From Pseudothermotoga sp. (GTDB lineage Bacteria; Thermotogota; Thermotogae; Thermotogales; DSM-5069), in the NCBI GenBank assembly GCA_031962025.1, contig JAVRKW010000005.1: a DNA stretch of 64,000 bases; one strand, given 5' to 3'. Below, piece by piece: positions 39,965 through 50,410 of the stretch. The translations under genes were made by a program, and so were the position numbers. How positions within the stretch are numbered: the first letter of the stretch is position 1; each line of letters starts with the position of its first letter. Below the pieces are notes generated by a model that saw only the letters and a program-made list of their open reading frames with translations, was not told the origin of the DNA and searched no databases.

Positions 39965-40858
39965 TTACCTCCTGAGTCTGGGATCGAGTATGTCTCGAAT
40001 GCCATCCCCAAGTAAATTAAAACCAAGAACAACCACCGCTATAAACAAACCTGGAAAGGTTGAAATCCACCATTGCTGAACTAAATAACTTCTCCCATCA
40101 CTGACAATTGCACCCCATTCCGGTGTTGGTGGTTGTGCTCCAAGTCCCAGAAAACCAAGCCCGGCAGCAGTCAAAATGATCGTTCCCATTCTGAGCGTCA
40201 ATTGAACAAGTACCGGCGATAAGCACATTGGAAGTACGTGGAAAAGCAGTATTCTAAAGTTACCAGCACCAACTGCTTTTATGGCTTCTATATACGGCTG
40301 TGATTTTACTTTCATAGCCTCTGCACGTGCTAATCTCGCTATGACCGTCCATTCAACCAGAGAAATAGCCAAAATAGCGTTGGTTAAACCTCTTCCAAGC
40401 ATCGCCGATAGAGCCATTGCGAGAATTAATCTGGGAAATGCGAGAAAAATATCAGTAATACGCATTAGAATCTCGTCAACTACACCACCAAAATATCCAG
40501 CAGTTATTCCAACTGCGACACCTATGGTACCACTGATAACTGTTACAAGAAATATTATCCAAACTTCTATTCTTGCACCGTAGATTACTCTGCTGAAAAT
40601 GTCTCTGCCAAATTGATCTGTACCAAACAGATGTTGCCTGCTCGGTGCTTTCAATCTTTCTGGCAGATTGGTTTTTACCGGGTCGTATGGTGCCAGAAGT
40701 GGCGCAAAGATAGCCATCAGGATAAAGCCAATGACAATGAACGTACCTACCATTGCGAGTTTTGTTCTTTTCCACAAATAAAAAGTGTGCTTCCAGTCCT
40801 CTACAATTGGCTTCCAGCGAGAGATTGCACTCTGAGTCTTCTCTGCCAAGAAACTCAC
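39965..40858 (-). CDS. Peptide ABC transporter permease (DppC-like)
   Basis: HLFGTDQFGRDIFSR, PPTPEWG, FNLLGDGIRD. Confidence 0.95.
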   Translation of the reverse strand: MSFLAEKTQSAISRWKPIVEDWKHTFYLWKRTKLAMVGTFIVIGFILMAIFAPLLAPYDPVKTNLPERLKAPSRQHLFGTDQFGRDIFSRVIYGARIEVWIIFLVTVISGTIGVAVGITAGYFGGVVDEILMRITDIFLAFPRLILAMALSAMLGRGLTNAILAISLVEWTVIARLARAEAMKVKSQPYIEAIKAVGAGNFRILLFHVLPMCLSPVLVQLTLRMGTIILTAAGLGFLGLGAQPPTPEWGAIVSDGRSYLVQQWWISTFPGLFIAVVVLGFNLLGDGIRDILDPRLRR

Positions 40859-40860
40859 CC

Positions 40861-41871
40861 CTAAATGCGCATTCTTGGGTCAAGTGCCGCATAAATGATG
40901 TCAACAATCAGATTGACAAGGGAATAAACCACAGCGATGAACAGAGTACCACCCATGATTGCAGGGTAGTCCAGTAGCAATAGAGAATTGACGATATATC
41001 TGCCAAGACCAGGCCAACCAAAAATTGTCTCTGTTAGAACTGCACCCTCGAGCAAACCTCCAAATGTCAAACCTATTATTGTCACCACAGGTATGAGTGC
41101 ATTTCTGAGTGCATGACGGTATATCACCAGCCGCCTGCCAATGCCTTTTGCTTTTGCAGTTCTTATGAAATCCTGCCTTAGAACATCTAACATACTCGAG
41201 CGCGTGATCCTTGCTATTGACGCGGCTGCTGAATAACCCAGAACTATCGAAGGTAAGACTAAATGCGCTAAGGCATCTTTGAAAGCCTCAAAATTGAATG
41301 ATAGGAGTGAATCTATTAGATATAAACCTGTATACTTTGTCGGCGGAGTGATGAAAAGCCCGAGTCTTCCGGTTCCTGGTAACCAACCTAAGCGAAAATA
41401 GAAAAGCAATAACAAAAGCAAACCGGTCCAGAAAACAGGCATTGACACACCAAGTATTGAAAAAACTCTTGCAAAATGATCTATGAATTTATTTCTATGA
41501 ACTGCCGATAGAATTCCAAGGAAAATTCCCAGAGCCACAGACAAAATGGTTGCACAGATGGCAAGCTCTAATGTGGCGGGAAAGAAATTGGCAATATCTT
41601 TTACAACAGGTCTATTACTCTTGAGTGAAATACCCAGATCACCTTTCAGCAATCCAAGCATGTAATCGATAAATTGATTCATCAACGGTTTGTCAAGTCC
41701 AAGACGCCTTTTCATATCTTCTACAAGGTCAATCGGAGCATTCCCTCCGAGTATCGCCCCAACTGGATCTGCTGGTATGACTTTCGCTATCACAAAAACC
41801 AGTACCGATACACCGAACAGAACAAGCAACATCAAAAGAAGTCTACGTATTATGAAAGAACCAAGCTTCAT
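40861..41871 (-). CDS. Peptide ABC transporter permease (DppB-like)
   Basis: PADP, FPATLELA, TAKAKG...HALRNAL, ETIFGWPGLG, LDPR. Confidence 0.95.
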   Translation of the reverse strand: MKLGSFIIRRLLLMLLVLFGVSVLVFVIAKVIPADPVGAILGGNAPIDLVEDMKRRLGLDKPLMNQFIDYMLGLLKGDLGISLKSNRPVVKDIANFFPATLELAICATILSVALGIFLGILSAVHRNKFIDHFARVFSILGVSMPVFWTGLLLLLLFYFRLGWLPGTGRLGLFITPPTKYTGLYLIDSLLSFNFEAFKDALAHLVLPSIVLGYSAAASIARITRSSMLDVLRQDFIRTAKAKGIGRRLVIYRHALRNALIPVVTIIGLTFGGLLEGAVLTETIFGWPGLGRYIVNSLLLLDYPAIMGGTLFIAVVYSLVNLIVDIIYAALDPRMRI

Positions 41872-41905
41872 TTAGTATAACATCCTCCCTTGAACACAGA
41901 TTATT

Positions 41906-41934
41906 AAAAGGGTGGTTGGAAAAACCAACCACCC
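41906..41934 (-). terminator. Intra-operon hairpin after the binding protein gene
   Basis: GGGTGGTTGG-5nt-CCAACCACCC followed by TTTT on the minus strand. Confidence 0.7.
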
Positions 41935-41945
41935 ACGCAGAAATT

Positions 41946-43520
41946 TCACTTTTTGGATATTTTTGTAAAATCGAAGGTCAATGTATAGCCTTCAACAGCC
42001 CTTTCAAAACCAATCACATCATTACTAACCGCCCAGAAGCCAACTGGTTGATACAACATTGCAAAAGGACTCTTCCCTATCCAGTATTCCTGAAGTTCTT
42101 TATACATCTGGGCACGTTTTTCATCATTCAGTTCAACGCCGGCTTTCTCAGCTAAATCTGCAGCGTAATCATCATACCACATGTTTCTCCAGGCGAGCTG
42201 TTTGACTCTGTAGTTGGCAAAAGGCTTTGCAAGCGCATCTGGATCGGGATAGTCTATACCCCAACCAGCTATGATCATTTGATGACCCTGCTGACGATAC
42301 TTTGCATACATTTCTGAGGATGGCATCTGTACTATGTTTGCTTTGATACCTATATCGGCAAGATTTGATTGCACGATTATAGCTTCATTTCTTCTTATAT
42401 CCGTCGTACTTGTTATTATTTCTACTTCAAAGCCATTTGGATAACCTGCCTGTGCCAAAAGCTCTTTTGCTTTCTGGACATCTCTCTTAAATGGATTCAG
42501 TTCTATGTAGCCAAAATACCCTATGGGCATGAAATTCTGATTGAGTATTGCAAAACCTCTCATGACAGAATTGATGATTGCATCATAGTCAATGGCATAC
42601 TTGACTGCCAGCCTGACTCTCTCATCTTTGAATGGACCCCAACCGACGTTCATTGCGACGTATTCATTCGACTGTTCTGGAGTAGTAACAAGGCGAATGT
42701 TTCCACCTTTTGCTTCTCTCAACTGCGCTGCCTGTTCTGTAGTTATATTCCATGCCACATCGACATCTCCTTTTTGGACAAGCAGGAATTGGGTTGTTTC
42801 CTCAGGTACATCTTTGATTATGATTTTCTTCAAAGGTGGTTCACCAGCCCAGTATTTGGGATTGGACTGGAGGATTACTTGCTCTTTGCGTTTCCATTCA
42901 ACTATTATGAATGGACCAGCGCCTGCTGATTTGTCTGTGAGATAAGCCTGTCCAAGATCGTCGTTAACTTGGTTCGCCAGGACTACTTTCTTGTTGACGA
43001 CGCCACCCCATGGTGGAGCAATGATCGAGAGCACGATGTTTCTAGCCAGAGGTTTGGTTTTAAGGACAACCGTCAACGGGTCCTTTGCAACAATTGTTTC
43101 TTCCATGTTATCTTTGGTGAGCCCCAGTTCATTGAACAGCCATGTCGGCGATTTGTTGATCATTAGTACTCTCTTAAAGGAGAAAACCACATCCTCTGCA
43201 GTGAGTGGATCCCCGTTGGCAAAAACAAGTCCTTTTCTCAAATGAAAAGTCCAGACGGTATACTCTCCTTCCTGCTGAACTTCCCAGCTTTCTGCAAGAT
43301 CGGGAACTGGTGTAAGCACACCATTAACTGGTTCGATCTTTGTGAGTCCTGCATAGGCGGAAGTAACCACAGCAGCTGCGAAGGTCTCATAACACACGGC
43401 TGGATCAAGCGTAATGAATATTTCTGTGTTGGCTGCTATAACGAGTGTATCCTTTGGAGTTTTTGCAAAACCCGCAAGAGCAACTAACACTAACAAAGCC
43501 ACCAGAACTTTTTTCCACAT
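41946..43520 (-). CDS. Peptide/oligosaccharide ABC solute-binding protein (family 5)
   Basis: Signal peptide from ATG 43520; TLDPA, PDLAESW...WTFHLRKG..F.NGDPLTAEDVVFSFKR. Confidence 0.93.
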   Translation of the reverse strand: MWKKVLVALLVLVALAGFAKTPKDTLVIAANTEIFITLDPAVCYETFAAAVVTSAYAGLTKIEPVNGVLTPVPDLAESWEVQQEGEYTVWTFHLRKGLVFANGDPLTAEDVVFSFKRVLMINKSPTWLFNELGLTKDNMEETIVAKDPLTVVLKTKPLARNIVLSIIAPPWGGVVNKKVVLANQVNDDLGQAYLTDKSAGAGPFIIVEWKRKEQVILQSNPKYWAGEPPLKKIIIKDVPEETTQFLLVQKGDVDVAWNITTEQAAQLREAKGGNIRLVTTPEQSNEYVAMNVGWGPFKDERVRLAVKYAIDYDAIINSVMRGFAILNQNFMPIGYFGYIELNPFKRDVQKAKELLAQAGYPNGFEVEIITSTTDIRRNEAIIVQSNLADIGIKANIVQMPSSEMYAKYRQQGHQMIIAGWGIDYPDPDALAKPFANYRVKQLAWRNMWYDDYAADLAEKAGVELNDEKRAQMYKELQEYWIGKSPFAMLYQPVGFWAVSNDVIGFERAVEGYTLTFDFTKISKK

Positions 43521-43670
43521 ATATCTTCCCCCCTGCTTGAAGTTTAATGTAATTATACCACAAAAACTGAACCTTTGCAAGAGTTAAAAAGAATGGCTTT
43601 TGGTTTTAATAATTTTCTAATACAAAAAACACACAATACAGAACAACAGATATCCGGGGGAGGGATTTTT

Positions 43671-44717
43671 GTGAGAATTCTGATTATATCCTTCATGATA
43701 TTGTTTGCAGCACTATGTATGCTTGCAGACACAGTACTGATTGATGATGTGGATTTTGTAAAATTAAGCGTCATAGAGAACTTTTCACACAATCTGTGGT
43801 GGTCAACAGATTATGTCCTTGAAATTCAAGCACTCGATCGCAGCAAACCCGTAGAAGTTTGCTATCTGATACTCGATGGATCTGGTGTACCTTTAAAACC
43901 ATCCTCAGGTATTCACATCAGAGGTGGTAATTTTATCGAAGGATGGGATGAAACCTCTTTCTTTCAAACAGAAGTTGGTGGATGGGGATCGATCGAATTT
44001 CAGCAAAACCCAAAATATTTGCCGTTGCCACACTACAGAACGTGCATCCTGATGCTCGCACGCTATGAGAAAATATACCTTGTCATCATAAGAGAAAATG
44101 ACAGGCAGATCTCTTACAAGGTTTTACAGGGAGGATCTTTCACACCGGTTGAGATACCATCTGTTGTGCGTGTTACAAGAGAAAAATCGAAGTTTGTGGT
44201 GACGTCTCTCGGTCAGCCTGTTGAAGTTGGGCTGTGGGCAAAGGGTAATTACATGCACGATGAAGTTGGTGGATGGGCAAGTGCCGCTTATCTACAAAAG
44301 ACAAAACAATACGACATACCACATTACGGAATGTTCATGATGATGGTTGGACGCTACGATAAGATAGCACTGATAATAGGAAATGAAAACGACGGGAGAT
44401 TGGGCACCATTGTATTGTACGGGCAGCCAGAAAAAACCCATGTCGTCGATGAGCTCTGCACACTGACTGTAAGCAGAAATAATTTCATCGTAGAAGCTGT
44501 GTCCTCTGATCCAGTTGAGATTACACACTTTGGTTTCGACAACACCTGCTGGCAGTGGGAAGTCAACGGCTGGGCAAAAGATGAGTACAGAGCGCCAAAG
44601 CAGTCTTTCGATCTGAAACACTACACACCGAGTCTGATATTTGTAAACAGATACGACAAAACTGGTCTTTTCTTCTACAATGAGAATGACGGTATAACTG
44701 GTCTTATATTCTTTTGA
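43671..44717 (+). CDS. Secreted hypothetical protein built from three repeats of about 98 aa
   Basis: GTG start after GGGGGAGGG; signal peptide; PVE..EV(G/N)GW..HY..RY(E/D)K..END occurs three times. Confidence 0.8.
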   Translation: MRILIISFMILFAALCMLADTVLIDDVDFVKLSVIENFSHNLWWSTDYVLEIQALDRSKPVEVCYLILDGSGVPLKPSSGIHIRGGNFIEGWDETSFFQTEVGGWGSIEFQQNPKYLPLPHYRTCILMLARYEKIYLVIIRENDRQISYKVLQGGSFTPVEIPSVVRVTREKSKFVVTSLGQPVEVGLWAKGNYMHDEVGGWASAAYLQKTKQYDIPHYGMFMMMVGRYDKIALIIGNENDGRLGTIVLYGQPEKTHVVDELCTLTVSRNNFIVEAVSSDPVEITHFGFDNTCWQWEVNGWAKDEYRAPKQSFDLKHYTPSLIFVNRYDKTGLFFYNENDGITGLIFF

Positions 44718-44735
44718 TTGCCGTTAGAGGTATAA

Positions 44736-44759
44736 AAAATGCCCCTTTCGGGGCATTTT
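44736..44759. terminator. Bidirectional intrinsic terminator
   Basis: AAAATGCCCC-tttc-GGGGCATTTT between convergent genes. Confidence 0.85.
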
Positions 44760-44762
44760 ATT

Positions 44763-45200
44763 TCATATCTTTTTGAGGTTGATCTTCAAAGGAGTTGGGT
44801 TTGCAAGGTTGTCCGAAACAGGGCATCTATCCTCGACTGCTTTCAACCATTTATCAAGAGTTTTTTCATCTGCATCTGTTTTGACATTCAAAAATACGTT
44901 GATTTGTTTATACCCTGCTCTTTCTTGATTGGATCGTCCCTGAAATTTTGCCGGGTTCAACGTACCTTCAATCTCTATGGATAGTTCGTGCAGTTTTATT
45001 CCCATTTCCTTTGCCACAAGATGTCCCACAACATTCAAGCATCCTGCCAGAGCTGCAAGAACATACTCTACAGGATTTGCACCTTTATCCTCTCCACCGA
45101 GTTGTGGTGGCTCGTCCACATACATCGTGAAATTCCTGGCTTTCACCACTACTCTTGTTTCAGTTTCGGCTTTGGCACTCACAGAGAATTTGACATCCAT
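44763..45200 (-). CDS. OsmC/Ohr family protein
   Basis: DEPPQLGGEDKGANPVEYVLAALAGC...RCPVSDNL. Confidence 0.92.
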   Translation of the reverse strand: MDVKFSVSAKAETETRVVVKARNFTMYVDEPPQLGGEDKGANPVEYVLAALAGCLNVVGHLVAKEMGIKLHELSIEIEGTLNPAKFQGRSNQERAGYKQINVFLNVKTDADEKTLDKWLKAVEDRCPVSDNLANPTPLKINLKKI

Positions 45201-45258
45201 CTTTCATCACCTCAACAAGATGATAGCATCTGTTTATTCCGATACAATTAATCTAATT

Positions 45259-46287
45259 TTACAGATGTGATTTTTTTATCAATTTCAGCAGTTCATCGTG
45301 TATATCTTCTCTTTTCACTGTTTTTACTATTTGCCCTTTTTTGAAGATAACAGCACCTTCTTTCGTACCAGCCACTCCGATATCCGCATGTTTTCCTTCA
45401 CCAATACCATTCACAACACATCCCATAACAGCCACAATCAAATCTGTCTTTTCAACGAGTGGTTCTATCGATTTTGCCACCTGTTCCACATCAAACTCAC
45501 TTCTTGCGCAAGTTGGACACGCTATAACCTGTCCACCCTTTCTGAGGTGCAAAGACACGAGTAATTTATGAGCGATGTAGACTTCTTTAACTGGATCTCC
45601 TGCAATGGATATCCTGATGGTGTCACCAATATGCCGCAATAAAAGATAACCTATACCCGCAGAAGATTTAACGATGGATGTTTCATATGTACCTGCTTCG
45701 GTAATACCAACATGAATAGGATAATCGACTCTTTGTGCGATATATTCATTTGCCTTGATCGTCTCAAGTACATCACTGCTTTTTACCGAAACAACAATGT
45801 CGTGGAATTCGAATTTTTCGAGTAAATAGACTTCGTACAGTGCCGATTCAGCCAATGCGGTCGCACGGTCATATCTGGACTCAAACTCTTTTTTCAATGA
45901 ACCAATATTGGAACCAACTCTGATTGGTATCTGAAATTGTTTAGCTATATGTGCGAGCTCTCTTATCTTCCAGTCCTGCTGTATATTTCCAGGATTTATT
46001 CTGACTTTATCGGCTCCATTTTTAATTGCTTCAATTGCCAAACGGTGATCAAAATGAACATCGGCTACGAGTGGTATACTGATTTGCTTTTTTATTTCTC
46101 TGATTGCTTTTGCACTGTCAAGATCTGGAACCGCAACCCTTACTATGTCACAACCGGCTTGTTGCAGCATCCTGATCTGTGCGACTGTTTGTTCGATTTC
46201 AACGGTTTTCGTATTTGTCATGGATTGAATGGTTATCGGATTGCCACCACCTATGAAAATATTCCCGATTTTTACAGCTTTGCTCAT
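45259..46287 (-). CDS. ispG: HMBPP synthase
   Basis: [39 protein letters not shown]. Confidence 0.96.
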   Translation of the reverse strand: MSKAVKIGNIFIGGGNPITIQSMTNTKTVEIEQTVAQIRMLQQAGCDIVRVAVPDLDSAKAIREIKKQISIPLVADVHFDHRLAIEAIKNGADKVRINPGNIQQDWKIRELAHIAKQFQIPIRVGSNIGSLKKEFESRYDRATALAESALYEVYLLEKFEFHDIVVSVKSSDVLETIKANEYIAQRVDYPIHVGITEAGTYETSIVKSSAGIGYLLLRHIGDTIRISIAGDPVKEVYIAHKLLVSLHLRKGGQVIACPTCARSEFDVEQVAKSIEPLVEKTDLIVAVMGCVVNGIGEGKHADIGVAGTKEGAVIFKKGQIVKTVKREDIHDELLKLIKKSHL

Positions 46288-47771
46288 CTACCTATCAACC
46301 TTCCAACATCTGAAAAAGTCACAAAAATCATGAAGATAATCAGTATTACAAAGCCTATCAGATGTATTAGACCTTCTATCTTTGGATCAATCCTCTTTCT
46401 AAGGACAATTTCCAAAAGTGAAAAAACGATTCTTCCACCGTCGAGCGCAGGTAATGGCAGTAAATTGAACAGACCGATACTCATCGTGATAAAAGCAACA
46501 AGCGTTAAAACTTGCTCAAGACCAGCCTGTGCCGCTTCACCAACCAGTCCAACCAATCCCACTGGTCCAACCACGCCAGTTGGTTCAGACGATCTGAAAA
46601 TACCAAACAGAGATCTGTACATCATGAAAAGTAAGTTATTGCATCTGTCGAATGCAACATAAATGGTTTCCCATATACTGTTGAACTTGATATTCTTTGC
46701 CCTGGGTTCAAACACACCTGCGCTTTCCATGATCTGTTTTAGTAAGACACTCTGCACATTCATGGAAAATTCCTGACCATCTCTTTCCACTACCACCTGT
46801 ATCTGCTCTGGAAAACCTGAATGATACCAGATCACTCGATCACCGGATACTTCGATATAGATTCCGCTGTCACCGGCAATTATCAGTTGGTATACCCTCG
46901 AAAGATCTACGTTGCTCTGAATATGAAGATCTCCAACTTGGATCAACCGATCTTTTTTCAAAAATGGTCCGACATTTTTTCTGAAAACATTTGACACAGT
47001 CGCAAAATAAAATCCCAGAGCATATCGCGGTTGATCATACTGATACTGCTTGAGAAGACCTTTCAAAGTTGCGGAATCGAACTGGATAGAAACATACTGA
47101 TTCAACATCGAGTTGACGGTATTGGCTTCGAGCTGTTTACCAGAAATCGATTCTACCTTCTGACCAACCTCACCCGATACATCGCGCAGCACAAAAAAAT
47201 GACTTCCTTCGAAAAGCTGTGGCTTGGCAAGAATATTCAGTCTTTTTCCTTCTCTTGAAATTAAAAGCTTCAAAGGCTTTCCCTGTCTGATGATCTGACT
47301 CACCGTGTAAGTATCGTAAACACGTTTATTGTTGATCGAGAGTATAACGTCATCTGATCTCAAGCCAGCCTCGAAAGCAGGAGAGTTTTTCTCAACGAGT
47401 GCGATAGAAACTGAAGGTACACCCCAAAAAACGACTATCAGTGTGAAGAGCAAATAACCTGCGAGTACAGAAAAAAGTGGTCCGGCAAAGAAGATTAAAA
47501 GTCTCTGCCATGCCGGTTTACTGTACAAACCAACTATTCCTTCTTTCTGTTCTTCAGTTGGATCCTCTCCGGCGAGTTTCACGTATCCACCTATTGGGAT
47601 CGCATTGACTCTAAAAGATGTTTTTCTTCCTCTTTTTTCATACAATTTTGGTCCAAAACCAATTGCGAATTCAAGAACATCAACACCAAAAATTCTGGCG
47701 AAAATGAAATGACCAAACTCGTGAACACTGATTATCCCGATGAGTATGATTATGAAGTAAATTACAGACAT
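46284..47771 (-). CDS. rseP: RIP metalloprotease RseP (M50 family, PDZ)
   Basis: [33 protein letters not shown]. Confidence 0.93.
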   Translation of the reverse strand: MSVIYFIIILIGIISVHEFGHFIFARIFGVDVLEFAIGFGPKLYEKRGRKTSFRVNAIPIGGYVKLAGEDPTEEQKEGIVGLYSKPAWQRLLIFFAGPLFSVLAGYLLFTLIVVFWGVPSVSIALVEKNSPAFEAGLRSDDVILSINNKRVYDTYTVSQIIRQGKPLKLLISREGKRLNILAKPQLFEGSHFFVLRDVSGEVGQKVESISGKQLEANTVNSMLNQYVSIQFDSATLKGLLKQYQYDQPRYALGFYFATVSNVFRKNVGPFLKKDRLIQVGDLHIQSNVDLSRVYQLIIAGDSGIYIEVSGDRVIWYHSGFPEQIQVVVERDGQEFSMNVQSVLLKQIMESAGVFEPRAKNIKFNSIWETIYVAFDRCNNLLFMMYRSLFGIFRSSEPTGVVGPVGLVGLVGEAAQAGLEQVLTLVAFITMSIGLFNLLPLPALDGGRIVFSLLEIVLRKRIDPKIEGLIHLIGFVILIIFMIFVTFSDVGRLIGR

Positions 47772-48841
47772 TCGATCACCTCTATCGTCAAACGCCTGGA
47801 TAATTTATCTACCTCGACAAGGTCGTTCAGATCTCTCACATTGCCTTCGACTTTTTGCACCACTTTTTCGATAACCTTGCTTATATCAGTAAATTTGATC
47901 TTTTCAGACAGAAAGAATTCCACAGCCACCTCATCTGAAGCATTATAAGCCGTCCTTTTGGCATAATCATTTGCGATATCATATGCAAGGTAAAATGCGG
48001 GATATCTTCGTGCATCAACTGGATAGAAGGACAAATTATTTTTCAGAAGATCTGGCCATTCTTTTTTCTGATAATTCCTTTCTGGGTAGGTAAGGGCATA
48101 GGCTATCGGTATCTTCATGTCCGGGAAACCCATGTGCAATTTCACAGTTCCATCTTTGAGAAATACGCCTGCATGGACAATACCTTCTTTGTGCAACAGC
48201 ACTTCGATCTTTGAAATATCTATATCAAAAAGCTCATGAGCTTCAAGGACTTCAAAACCTTTATTAACCATTGTGGCAGAATCAACAGTGATTCTTTTGC
48301 CCATGTGCCAGACTGGGTGGTTCAAAACATCGCTCGGCTTGGCTTTGTCTAACTTCTGTATATCCCAGTCCCTCAATGCCCCACCAGAGGATGTTAAAAG
48401 AACTTTTTCTACCCCGTTCTCGTAGAGTTGCATCAGAGCACTGTGTTCGCTGTCCACCGGTAACAGCTGAGTTGATGTGTTTCTCAATGCATTTTTCACC
48501 ATCCAGCCACCGCAGACGAGTGCTTCTTTGCTGGCAAGAAGAACTCTTTTAGAGGTCTCAATTGTCTTCAATGTGAGTAAAAGACTCACAAAACCCGGTA
48601 CAGCAACAATTGTGAAATCCGGTCTGGTTCGGTCAAGTTCAGCCAAAATCTCATCGTATCCATCAGCCGTTCTTATCAACTTGCCTATCTTAAACTTCAT
48701 AGAGAGTTCTTCAGCCAGTTTTTGGTTGGAATGGTATGTTCCAGCCAGTATCTGAAAATTATTCATCTTTTGGATCACTTCAAGCGCCTGAACACCAATA
48801 GATCCAGTGATTCCAAGTATTACAATGGTTGTTTTATCCAT
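47762..48841 (-). CDS. dxr: 1-deoxy-D-xylulose-5-phosphate reductoisomerase
   Basis: LGITGSIG, LASKEALV, PVDSEHSA, HPVWHMGKRITVDSATMVNK. Confidence 0.95.
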   Translation of the reverse strand: MDKTTIVILGITGSIGVQALEVIQKMNNFQILAGTYHSNQKLAEELSMKFKIGKLIRTADGYDEILAELDRTRPDFTIVAVPGFVSLLLTLKTIETSKRVLLASKEALVCGGWMVKNALRNTSTQLLPVDSEHSALMQLYENGVEKVLLTSSGGALRDWDIQKLDKAKPSDVLNHPVWHMGKRITVDSATMVNKGFEVLEAHELFDIDISKIEVLLHKEGIVHAGVFLKDGTVKLHMGFPDMKIPIAYALTYPERNYQKKEWPDLLKNNLSFYPVDARRYPAFYLAYDIANDYAKRTAYNASDEVAVEFFLSEKIKFTDISKVIEKVVQKVEGNVRDLNDLVEVDKLSRRLTIEVIECL

Positions 48842-49461
48842 CTGAAATAAACCACCATCCCTTCTTTAACTGTTATTTTTACTTTCTCTGATGTGGCTAT
48901 GTTACTGACACCAAATGGCTCAGTACATGGCATATCTTTTTCTTTCAATGTGTATTTGAAACCTTCCAAGGTCACCCCGGTGGCATCACCACAGATCGGC
49001 AGGATCGACCACTTCTCGCCGGTAACTGAATCGAGTTCTATTTCAGATCGTACCACACCCATTTCAAGGTTATCATCTTTGGCGATCACACTGATATCTG
49101 AATACTTGCACATCAGGTATATAAGTGCAAGCACCATGTCTATACGTTCTCCCTGCCATCCTTTTATTACTATCTCACGAGCTCCAAATTCTATGGCTTT
49201 TTCAATTGCAAGCTGTGCATCGATTTTGTCTTTGTCCTCAGGGTAAAGATAGATTCTACATCCCAAAGCTGTAAGGTTTTTCAGTGTGTTTTCATCTACG
49301 GAATCAGCGTCTCCAACGAATATGTCAGGCACTGTTTTGTTACTGAGCAGGTACTTTGTTCCGCCATCCACGGCGAATATCATATCATCACTCTGAAACT
49401 GGCTAAGGCTCTGTTTTGAATAATCGCCATTGAGAAAGATAATTGCTCTCAACTCAACCAT
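48820..49461 (-). CDS. thiN: Thiamine diphosphokinase
   Basis: AVDGG, PDIFVGDADS, PEDKD..D, LEGFKY, GVSN. Confidence 0.88.
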   Translation of the reverse strand: MVELRAIIFLNGDYSKQSLSQFQSDDMIFAVDGGTKYLLSNKTVPDIFVGDADSVDENTLKNLTALGCRIYLYPEDKDKIDAQLAIEKAIEFGAREIVIKGWQGERIDMVLALIYLMCKYSDISVIAKDDNLEMGVVRSEIELDSVTGEKWSILPICGDATGVTLEGFKYTLKEKDMPCTEPFGVSNIATSEKVKITVKEGMVVYFRWIKQPL

Positions 49462-50401
49462 TCCCCTTCAAAAATTTTTCGACAAGCTGTCTGTATTTGT
49501 TCACCGTTCGTCGGCTGATGAAAATACCATTCATTTTGAGCTTTTGTGCAATTTCTGCGTCGGTGATTTTTTCAAATTCACTCAGAATTTTTGCAATCTC
49601 TGCCATCAGATATTCTTTTTCAACATTTCTTCCGAAAAAGATCCTGAGTGGAAATATCCCGATAGGAGTTTTCACGTATTTACCTGAGATGGCACGGGAA
49701 ATTGTAGAGATGCTCACATCCAGAGATTTTGCTGCATCTGTCATCCTGATCTTCTGCGGATAGTTGATCTTTCTGGCAAAAAACAAGGTGTTTTCTCTCA
49801 CCAGGATTTGTCCAAGAGACAAAAGTAGTTGTTTTCTACAGTTGATCGCTTCCGTCAAAAAAAGGAATATTTTCATCTCGAGCTTGCTTGCATTTCTCGG
49901 CGCTCTTAAGTGAATTTCTTTGAGTGACACGCTCAGATCGTTGTTAATTATCATGTCCGGTTCAACATAAAACGATTTTTCACCATAACCTCTCACTTTA
50001 CCTTCAAAAACACCCTCTGGTGCTACTTCTTTAATAGCCTCCATTGCCCTATACACAACGGATGCATCGACTTTGTACTTTTCGCAGATCTCCTGCACCG
50101 TGATATTCATGCGTCCGCGTTGATCCAAATTGTAAGCTATGTACTCGGCTATTTTTTCAGTTTCATCGTCAAGTCTGGCAAAGGCAAGATTTTCAACTAT
50201 CTCCTCGCTCAGGCTTTTATCATTGTCTGCGATCAATTCAATCATCGTCTCATTTTCATCAGGCAATTGTACATCCAAGCTCAAACCAAGCGGGCTCTCT
50301 TTTAAGTAATCCCTTAGAGCTGAAAAAGGAAGCTCGACGATACGAAAAAATGTCGTGCGATACTTCAAAACAGATGTTCTCAGAACCAGTTCCTGTCTCA
50401 T
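49454..50401 (-). CDS. Short RpoN (sigma-54)-like factor
   Basis: HTH DAAKSLDVSISTISRAISGKYVKTPIGIFPLRIFF; RpoN-box variant ISRRTVNKYR; core-binding-like IAYNLDQRG. Confidence 0.75.
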   Translation of the reverse strand: MRQELVLRTSVLKYRTTFFRIVELPFSALRDYLKESPLGLSLDVQLPDENETMIELIADNDKSLSEEIVENLAFARLDDETEKIAEYIAYNLDQRGRMNITVQEICEKYKVDASVVYRAMEAIKEVAPEGVFEGKVRGYGEKSFYVEPDMIINNDLSVSLKEIHLRAPRNASKLEMKIFLFLTEAINCRKQLLLSLGQILVRENTLFFARKINYPQKIRMTDAAKSLDVSISTISRAISGKYVKTPIGIFPLRIFFGRNVEKEYLMAEIAKILSEFEKITDAEIAQKLKMNGIFISRRTVNKYRQLVEKFLKGNG

Positions 50402-50410
50402 TGAATCACC

